Virus record (IMG/VR): IMGVR_UViG_3300028588_000016
Span: 32,001-96,000 of that record
Source: a virus
DNA: 64,000 nucleotides
Strand: one strand, 5' to 3'
Shown here: piece after piece, positions 39,301-46,600 of the stretch
How the letters are laid out: every line of letters starts with the position of its first letter
How positions within the stretch are numbered: position 1 is the first letter of the stretch
Notes under the pieces: model-generated
Told to the model about the DNA's origin: nothing
What the model saw: only the letters and a program-made list of their open reading frames with translations
Databases searched by the model: none
Program-made: the position numbers and the translations under genes

Positions 39301-40632
39301 AGATGATTGATCTGCATAAACTCTTTGAAACAAAGTTAGCAAAGTAGTCATATCAAAGTTATTCATCTTATTTGCACCAGAGTAGTGATCCTCTATTGCT
39401 TTAACAATAGCTTCTTTAATACTGTTAGACATATCTGTTCTATCAATATTAGTTTTAATCTTAGCTATTGCATAGTGTACTGCATCCGGATTTAAATAGC
39501 TATTAGTACGAACTCCATCTAAATTTAATTTAGGGGAAGTCTGTATAAAAGTATTGAAGATTTCAGTAGTTTCTTGAGCAGCACTTACTATTTCACTAGC
39601 AGAGTGATCTGTACGAATTCTACCTTTCTCAGCTGGTATGTATTTCTGTGTTTCTTGTGACTCACTGAAATTACTAGTAGTTCCACCTTTAACTTTAATA
39701 AAACCAGAACCATAGATACTCATTAATTCATCAAAATGCTTTAAAGTCACAAATGCGTTATACATTTGAGATTGTCTAGGATCAGAACTTGCATAAGTCC
39801 AACGGATTAAATCTTGAACAAAAACTCCTTTACCACCGTTCATAGCTTGAAAACTACGTTCGATTTGTTTTAGTCTTTCTTCTAAGTCCGGTCTTGTAAC
39901 TCCGTTTACGTAATAAGTGTCATTAGGGAATAGGGTTTTGAATAATCTTTCTTTATAGGCTTTAACGTTTTTATCAACGTCCTTTTCGAACTTAACCGGA
40001 ATAGGAGTCTTTTGTCTTAAGTCTATAAATGTAGCAGCAAATAAATCATTCTGAATGGCTCTTGTCATTCTACTTCTAGCTACATCAGCAGACTTGAAGT
40101 AATTATGTTTTAAAGAGTTAGGACTCTCAATTACTGTAGCAGATAAATTAAGAGGTTCAGCAATAATGTTACTTGTAGTATGATCTTCACTATAAAGTCT
40201 TTTTAGAATATCCGATACATTTTCAAGGTCACCTTCGTGTTCGTCTTGTTTATCAGATTCTGCATTTGTAGATACTTCTACTCCTGCATTATCCAAGGCA
40301 GATTTCTGCCAAGCATCTACAATCTTATTGACTGTATTCTCAGCATCTTCTAAATCGATATTAGCGTTATGATCATCTAAGGCGTTGGTTTCCTCAAGTA
40401 CATTAGCTACTAAGTGCATGGCTGCACCTACGTCACCTAGAATGCCCACTAATCTTACTGGATCAGTAGCCAAGGTGTTTAGGTTTGATCCGTAATAGCG
40501 CTCTAGGTAATTAGGCATTACGTCAGCAACAGCCGCAGCAAAATCTTTACCTTCTATTAAGGAATCAAAAATGACCTTATGGATTCCCATAAGGTCATTA
40601 AATTTGTCAAATGAGCAAGTGATGTTTATCAT
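30355..40632 (-). CDS. Virion-packaged single-chain DNA-dependent RNA polymerase (crAss-like, phi14:2 gp66 type)
   Basis: RIPGQ...GEDFDIDK catalytic motif (33436-33450), SAQKVG, ATDNAK; 3425 aa. Confidence 0.88.
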   Translation of the reverse strand: MINITCSFDKFNDLMGIHKVIFDSLIEGKDFAAAVADVMPNYLERYYGSNLNTLATDPVRLVGILGDVGAAMHLVANVLEETNALDDHNANIDLEDAENTVNKIVDAWQKSALDNAGVEVSTNAESDKQDEHEGDLENVSDILKRLYSEDHTTSNIIAEPLNLSATVIESPNSLKHNYFKSADVARSRMTRAIQNDLFAATFIDLRQKTPIPVKFEKDVDKNVKAYKERLFKTLFPNDTYYVNGVTRPDLEERLKQIERSFQAMNGGKGVFVQDLIRWTYASSDPRQSQMYNAFVTLKHFDELMSIYGSGFIKVKGGTTSNFSESQETQKYIPAEKGRIRTDHSASEIVSAAQETTEIFNTFIQTSPKLNLDGVRTNSYLNPDAVHYAIAKIKTNIDRTDMSNSIKEAIVKAIEDHYSGANKMNNFDMTTLLTLFQRVYADQSSFNRLAKIPQLKNVVTNMKNIKERSLYEVYRRHFPGKYDINVQEVISSTLNKTIVMNYVEVNQEFGSKEFKQTTLQNKLNDKNFHRLKQLGSKTLVATDKLLERWEKSLGVKVSSGYVDFKIGNQVVSYDPLTGVFFDAKGNDFDFNTIETPTDIYDMNSPEIAAQYSDYANILRVAATITEEPLNSMNYDIPKIMHDNFGKSHIKDLLTISGNLAFFSGVRVNDLRDLKNMSQKEIESALNDVPGLTSKFPVTKIWNKGAGYFNLELGNHSFQALRNYADVANEYYGSNIKATTINAEGSALPTYSMRNNINSFRDTVRMLLEAENKHQAPGNNIMPLRNNIILRNPDLVQDVEIRLTIKDVNGNVIPSSKLTEVERVSFDILNDYLEQKVNPEETLRNPKFQVTNFADKGRHAAMKINANTELTLAGETRRYRDFEAEHFREAFADSQLDYYTNLWKTVRSDFNKLFQAGVLHGTYLENSTLLKTALANVKTEGQVDINQIPEVYIGDVLKQELAIYNKLFKLNESSLTSTAMDNMDVDILNNILSDLNEKTLNQAFAAASIDVMKTLTFEVDGKTKKPVINRSLSGMMRNFGSNREAFLDRIRKDFLTSLESIDFNLDYLVGKDLTESSLMKRVMDTWDTTGFVDNEYGRLKLYKGDLNGNFEMNPILEQYLWEYNMVTQDFQNMTVGSPLGHPAKLFREEGESDSSFETRMLSARSIAMFKRMVIHQATYHPYNLNQINGLPFFSRVSHIKDTEAGVFALYGVQSTVESGDGSTLQSPLTTELQNESLLDQSAGLTQKSIGGTIDERLNGAGLLKHAAHTTVNERLNNENSDSKYSYFNLLKKGHSLPFTVGNLPVKLDISRDFNGEVIDLNTLFDDVAFKDPITGDYLAVHKIEPSPNWASNNEYNFYYKDLITGQVLDPKAITVNSIWDLWTALGGKDSVSYKEGAYTGVLDLPDHLRSYVPSDRSWSAVKEFVNRVGVWYNDAEIAKILPANSSKGQIRAFKEAYNEYVPKPSSPTKNYNPEKDELSQRSVIQPLKYSFIGEYTFSSAQKVGIKNENPTDVLRRGNEAPLNSSFVSNMHKGIQLNAEHDGTEVTEATQTTSTLPFNGDTPEYANKAFKAIYIYIDNSLSTLIPDIDSLFNGTDVSNAAKMRVYNLLANEIIRGFDGKEITSTAGAIIASVRKELDNYKQELKQLVATTPTSQQYKEALVKLEDLSDAGLKLSFSDANIYGAFATTVANFFTKNGVRRKMPGDAIVISPYADFIGIRDVYDPESGETLQMTEPQYLEWKRKIIAQGGDPVTLEATEIAPGSKDLVEIFDTVVDEQGNRIKLNSPKAYYEFKANPGTFVKDNHASRDLKPTLHKWKIQGNAGFTSYFDLPLAKLSFINDEVVAAHKAVKAFDSKGTFDDSGLSPYELQQGKSKRLQLETAVENLNRLLQEQNNLISSIDAEMDFQKYSVTANVDDSGYSISYSDNDFEFSQAQKNLLKNELTQTMQEIYNKKLAPMPITSINIMDALENYQIVIDPSDPSETWSAIEDYELFLRDFPEASVYEWYNQRKPKVRVDELTTVPGEIMMSPVFGKKYGITANDNLATINEKFFLDRLNYKTLPSTRQHDFFVKAKDGEHLYVVLRGSDNFKSLNLKKAPLDSVDIRQEDGSVKSYKLDQNDKPQYEIGYKELFHANVDGKLHNYVVVNNIDELNALKIITKGNNSPYDTIVPNFQAGLNVAELAVQFMSLNKYKDSDKFMNSLLKIKEVLNTKRRLSEAKGSIGLLEQESLLSMYDQAWVDKTINSLNLRLQQTDLSNEQRIQATDKLKHVTEYAESLANMTEENPASRDLVLTQAGIFKSAEIDKNVRKWTNSLKKSQNEVENALAEMSNFLYTNILERNEKLAKEIYNSFDAHLNVSASRIPGQAKQSYMGQKIVGFVHSEHNVGFVSPFHMWITGEDFDIDKVYVTMMSTDKSGKLIGWSDKFRYDSKKHLMKSLELPIPDKNVRVRVSAAENPDVVLSDVDVANILNYEDKAELFDNYVDTMKKLETAKNIAIVGASDEDTQRALDEINTYFLKPINDNYPLQAILNVLASSITQSNNDIRNINHMMSPMTMGAADEAAKKSVKGEDFKRMSPYNPVTIAKATNNNMVGKDVIGIAATHLKAHSALTQSHVNLKGLDLYSKRTVYDFTSVGGFIKRSNPRVTVGVAGLNYTNKIDDFMDYYARTMQYFQVPEAEQDLENVRRRTIEEMKFRGDIALDLSAILSAATDNAKELILARINAGPETASVYLAGLQMGYSMESLAVLMTSPEAEAVLKIATRNTYTGHKVSLKSAVKQLEKGTLNPKDYFTFTTMSAIADQIKADTKIMEQVYSQFKDKKDKPMNRAYLDKRFKNPFVLFEAFLKTDRKINFKNPLKIEGDYSVEPVVNTPNLTDEELLMQQEQLALLSQEASEAFQESETSFEMEQDMGMNDEAFIEGSEMDQDYAPRATKKDKAINAAVAYNRYNDATRKLIPARIDNEVFEVLKELLDSREDFDMLGKLLSINQSIKVTDADLYRYFRGITNFMEDKVIEVEDEDLKEPRYAESLNDIDDFYKFINDQNFRENIIKSYNGTGINVLGVLAKNDHFFKMFSLAVITDYTKSKFSVKSRTIKAIESDFKDAFNGLPLNRNQHGMLSRFVDDVMIANFLGASDLRFTLKKGDYTTDEDALTADKTIELGSIEGRENFVDWFERTVIPDLKAGIIKDADNNTIETPNEFLKGNTLLQQLTVDSRKDRVLGKNYTFYKLPINMTGNLKEDEKILMDTLVGSFATLKNYSYGGKSLLDLLYLYNLIVNKNKSNGQSFNRLFDAVSENFNNDSVMTQFNKFQSELDWSDVILTDQQHYQSEDLAAKGLVQIVDVLPKYKENGINPKFVGKKVFNAETETSDTVLFYLDGETYTPLEPQVYGEKVINISNGGSNLRNLSIDNKHKIKMNRLNNFLEHIEIKQLDC

Positions 40633-40635
40633 TCA

Positions 40636-43600
40636 TTAATTACATTTAGTTTCTTTGATTAAATTATCATAAGCTTTACTAAGTTCACTTAACTCTGTTT
40701 CAAAACCATTAGCTTTCAAATAAGAACCTACTAAGTAGTAAGACTTACCTGCTTTAAGCTTCATGTCTACGTTATATGTTTTAACGTACTCTGGCTGATT
40801 CATCATGTTAGTAAATGCATCATAGTGTTCTTGTAACCAAGTACCTGCGATAGCTTTACCTACAATATCTAAATCAGTTGGTAATGATCCTAAGTAGTTT
40901 ACTGGAGTAAATTGCTTATTTTCATACGCAAAGGTAGCAATAATTTCGCCATTATCTGCATTTGTAACACTAAATTCTCTAACTTTCTCAGTCGATCCTG
41001 GCTTATTAGTAACAGTTTGCTCTACTGTTACGTTAGTTTCAGGAACACCGATTTCCTGTAATTGACCGTTGGCATGTTGACTAGCTGCACTATTTAAAGG
41101 CAACAACTCTACACCATGTTCAGTATTAGGCATAACTATGACTTCTATACCGTTCACTGTCATTACGTCGTCAGATAACTCAGCTACTTTCTCTGCTACT
41201 ATTGCCATCGTTTCAGCAACTGCACTAGCTGCATGTGTTTCGGCATTTCCACCTTTTAAAGCGTTATTGATATCGTTAAGATTATCAGCTTCTAAACTGT
41301 GAGTTTCAGTTACCGTAGCTAAGGCAGCAGTTGATATTTTACTAAGAACATCAGTGTCTGGAATTCGTTCATCTATTGCATCTATTACTTTTTGCTCTAC
41401 CTCTTTATATTGTTCAACTTTTACTCCTTTATCTTCTTCAACAATATCAGTAGGTCTGAAATCAATAGAATCTGGATTAAAGTAAATAGTTGGAGTTTGA
41501 ATTGAAACATCAACTTTAAAGTCATCATCTATGTTACCTGTTGGTACGACGAAAGGTGCATCACTCACATATCTATTATCTGCAGTAGCAGTCCTTATGA
41601 CAGGATTAATGTGTATTCCATCAGGAAACTTATAAGAGATAATATCTTCTAAACCGGTTACAAACTTATCATATTCAATACTATCAGCTTCTTTTGACTT
41701 AAAAGCTGATGGGAATAATCCGTCTACAAACTGATCAACTCCGGCAGTATTAGTAAAAGTACCGCCTGCAACCGTTAGTCTTATTGCAGATACAAAATTG
41801 TACAAAGCTGAATTAGGTATGTTTAGAGATAATGCTTTACCGTCTACATCTTTAAAAGTCTTTAACGAATTATCCTTTTCAAACTTGTTAATGTTAGTAA
41901 GTAAATCCGAAGCTATAAAGTGTTCAACTGCTTTAGTTTTAGCATCTGGTGAATCTTTAAATAACTTATTTACAAAGTCGTCAATCTTAGACTTGTTAGC
42001 TTCTAAATAAGCGTTAATATTATTTCCGCCTGTAGCGTAGATATCGTTAAAAGTCTTACCTGTTAAAATGGGTAATACGTTCTTAAGTAGAGAGTCAACA
42101 TCAGATATTAATTTCTCTAGTCTCTTAGGACCGTATAAATCAGGTTTAAGTCTTAGGTTAGCTCTGAATTCCTCAGGTTTACCATTCTCTTTATAATACT
42201 CAGCTCTACGTTTAAAGTTAACCAAAGCACCGATCATAGTAGCGGCAGCAAAGTTATTACTGTATGCTCTACGTTGAGCTTTTAAGTCTATGTTATTCTC
42301 AGTCATTGAACGAGAAATAGATACGTTCTTAGCTAACCAATCTTTAAATGGAACACCTTTCTTATTAAGAACAACCATACGTATATTTCCTGGATCAGGA
42401 TCTATAGCTTCACCTTTAAGTTTACGTTCAACTTGTGAATTTAATTGTCTTCTATATCTATCTGCAAGTTCGTTTTTAGGTATTGTTTTATCTAAAGATA
42501 CGAATACTACAGCTTTACCTATTAAAGAAGAACTCTCTGTATTTACTTCATTGTTCGGTCCTACACCACCTCTATTGAAGTTAGCAAACAATTGTTGTGC
42601 TACTTCATCATCTTGGTTGATGATCTTAGAGTTCATTATGATATAAGGTTCAGAATGATTTAAATGAGCATGTTCTTGTTTAAACTCTTTATAACTCTTC
42701 TCTGCACTAGGTCTTAAGTATAAATTTGAAGTAGGTTTAAGTACTTCCTCTATAGTCAAGTCTGGTTTCAAATAGAAGTAACTTCTACCATTAACAGCCG
42801 TACGAGTATGATTATCTCTGATATTACCTAAGGTAGCCATTACTCCTTTTCTACTAGCAACGTTTGGATTGTTAGCATTAGGGAAAGCACTAATAGTAAA
42901 TACTACTATTGGAGAAGCTCCTTCAACTGGTTTAATCAATGGAATTTCCATTGTTAAGTAACTTATTAAACCTCCACCTTGAGGTGTATTAGTGCTGTTT
43001 AATTCAAAAGAAGCATCCACAGTGTGATCATATTCTTTTGTTTCTAACATTAAAGCAGCTTTATCAAAGTCTAATTTAGATAGAATCTTATCGTGTACAG
43101 CATAGTTAGCAGATAAAAAGTTTGCTAGTTTACCTGCGTTTTCTCCATCTTGAACCTTTTGAGAATAAGCCATAAGACCTGTTTTCAATCGTTTCATTTG
43201 ATCTCTAGCTAGTGTAATTCTAGGATCATTTATAGACATTCCCTCTTCTAATTCTGTATCGTTAATTAACTCAAAGAATCCAGCTAAGTCTTTACCTGAT
43301 ATAATAGGATTAGTTTGGGTATCTTTTATTGTATTTTTCTTATCTACAGAAACACCTAATCTTTCATGGAAAGTATAAGTCAAAGGACGAGTTTCACCTT
43401 GATCAACCGGTATGGATTCACCTGCAATATTAACTGGTAAATCCGTAGGCTCAACTTCATTAGATGCTTGTTTTAAAACAACTGAATAACCTGCTTTCGC
43501 AAACTCTTCATCTTGATTTAAATCAGACATTCCACTAGTTGTACTAGGTTTAGGAGTAACTCTAGTTTCAGTAGGACTTAATCCTAAATCTTCAAGGTTA

Positions 43601-46600
43601 GCAAAAGATGATTTGATGGCTTCTAAAGTGAAATCTTTATATGCACCTACAACATCTTTATCTAATTCTATAGTTTGTACTTTAACGTCTTGTGTGTTAT
43701 CATTTAACTTTATACCGTTTATAAAAGGTGCTTTAATTAAAGATCCTTTCTTAGAACGAGATATCATCGTGTATAACATTTCGATAGAATTGAAAGTATT
43801 CAAGATATCTGTAAAGTTATTAGATTTTGCTCCGGGTTCTACGTCAATAATGATATTATCGTATTCTAAACCTTGAACGTGATCAGGACTTATAATAGTT
43901 AACCTTTGTTCAGCACCTGGAATAGAAGCAATCATTTTAACCAATGAAGCACTACCGTTAGGTTTATCTGTAATAAGTGCTACAGTATCAGTTGGATTTT
44001 TAAACAATGTTTCTAAATCTTTTTGAACTATATCTTTAACAAAATGTTCACCAACTAAACCTTTCTCGTCATCAACTGTAAAGTCAAAAGTAATACCTTC
44101 ATCCAATACTTTTTGAATCATACCGTAGTTCTTATTGTAAGTAGCAGTTTCTACTGTCTTACGCAAAGCTCTAACTAGGTTAATGTTTTTATTCTTAACG
44201 TTATTACGATTTCTAAGTGATTGACTTAAAACAGGAGTAATAACAGAATACATGTTACCTACGTTATCTGGTGAGATTATATCATTATATCCCTCTTTGA
44301 ATTTAACTGAATTACCTCTTTGTTCTCTATCTCCTACTAACAATAAAGTAATAGGTTTGTTAGAGTTTGCGTTGTGGTACTCAATAGCTTTGTCTAATAA
44401 TTGTAATTCTACACCTTTAATGTGAGTAGCCTCATCAATTACGATTACCGAAGGAACTTTACCTTCAAACTCGATAGTCTTAGTCTTATTAGATAAGAAC
44501 TTAGAAATTAGAGGATGGTTAGGGTTAAAGTTAATACCCGCATTAACCTCACCTTTACGATAAGCAATAGTAGACTTTGGATCTATATTAGTTAAGGCAT
44601 CTCCTACTGAGTAAGTAACTGCATTTACGTAACCTTTCTCTCCTGCGTAATCTGTTTCTATAGCAGTATAGAGTTCTTCACCTAATACTGTTTTAATTAA
44701 ATCAGAAACTAACTTTTGAGAGTTATAGATTGTTCCTACTGATTCTAGATTCTCTTTAAGATTCTCTCCTTGTTTTTCGTGAGGAGCAAATATTGCAGTA
44801 TCTAAACCATATCTTTCAGCTATCTTAGTAAGATAATACAAAGCAGAACTTGTCTTACCTGCTCCAGGAATACCGTATAATACGGAAACATTTCTTAAAG
44901 CTGGAAGAGCCATCTTACTTTTTAAATCAACTTTCTGTTTATCAGTTAAAGTTGTGTCAGGTACAATCATTATTTCAGTGATTTTCTTAAATGTATCCAC
45001 CGGAGACATTTTAGAAATCATGTGCCAATACATTTGTTTAAGAACGTGTTCTTGTCCAAAGAAAGGAGCATAAGGATCGTCTTTCAAGAAGTCTTCACCT
45101 TCTGTTAAGTTACCTGTAAAGTCTTTGTAGAATTGTTTAGGATCAATAGTTAAAGTTTGCGCTAAGTAAACTAACTCTTGTGCATGACCAATTCTACGAG
45201 TATTAGAAGAGAAATCTATAGTTTCAAATCCTTCTAATGTATATTTAGTTTTATCAAACGAATCAAAGATCTTGTTAAGAACATCTACCTTATTAGGTAA
45301 GCTATTAACAGCTTTAAAGTATGCTTGTTCAATTTTATCTCTTTCTGCACGAATAGATTTGAAGTTATCGTCTCCACTCTTTAAAGCAATCTTGTTAGTA
45401 CCATCAGTCTTTAATGCAGTTAAGTTATCTGCATACTGTGTAGCACTATCAAAAGCTGTGCGTATTTCTGACATATCTACACCTTGAGATTCTAAAGCTT
45501 TAAACGAGTCTGATTCTGGAGATAGCGACTCTAAATATAAAGTAGCCATTGTAGCACCAGTCATTTTCATTTCCCTTATACTTCCGTCTTGATTGAACTT
45601 ATGTAAGTTTAATAAGAAGTTAAGTTTAGCTTGAATTAGCTCAAGTGTTTGTTTAATATGTGCAGCATCGTAAGCTTCCAAAGTAGCTAATTCTTCGTGT
45701 TCGATATCTTCAGACTGAGCAGCTAAAGCATTTAACGCAGCATTGTAACCAATCTGTTTACCTTTAATTGGGCCTTCCCAAACAGTACTAGCGTCAACTA
45801 CAGCAGCAAGTTTAGTTATTAAGTTTTGTCCATATTCTAACTGATCTTGAGTTACTTTATCTTCAATGATGAAGTCTGTAGCAACACCTTTCTTAACTAA
45901 ATCTTCGAAAGTGTTATCCATTAAATCAATAAGATTTCCTAGACCTTCTCTTCCATCACGTTTAGTTAAAGTAGCTATAAGTTCGTAAACAGGATTCTTA
46001 GCTTTATTAACCATCTGTTGTTTAATCTCGTCGATTAAAATAACAGCTTGTTGTTTAGCTTCGTCAAGTAATAACTCACCATTCTCAGTAACACTTTGAG
46101 TAAATGCAGCTTCTAAAGTGTCCTTTACTGCTCTCAAGTAATGTTTTACAATTTCACCATCTGGCACCGCATCACCTTCATATTGATAAGCATCTTTAGC
46201 CATTTCAGCAAATCCAGGATTATTAACTACATCGTTAAGCTGAGCTACAGTTTCTGTATAGTTATAAGGATTTAGAGTATTGAACATTGCTTTCAAATCT
46301 ACACTAGTATAGGCTTTGATTGAGTCTATGTTAATACCACCAAAGTCAATAGGTGTATCTGAAATAACAGTACCGTAAGCCTCATTAAACATATTAGACA
46401 TAGACTTACCCCCGACTGTGTAAGGTGCGGTATAACGATTCTTAAGATAAGTATCAATTGCTTTATTAATATAAGGAGACTCTACAACATAATCCCTTAA
46501 TATTTCTAAATCAGGTCTATTAACGTCTTCTGTTACAATAGAACCTATATTTAAGGTATCTAGTCTACCGTTATCTAAAGAGTTAACATCGTCTTCTTTC

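Noticed and set aside
40636-40644. Intein or split-intein at the terminal Cys-Asn of the 2949-aa protein
   Set aside because: No His-Asn or other intein block motifs, and the next protein's Cys is at position 6, not 1-2
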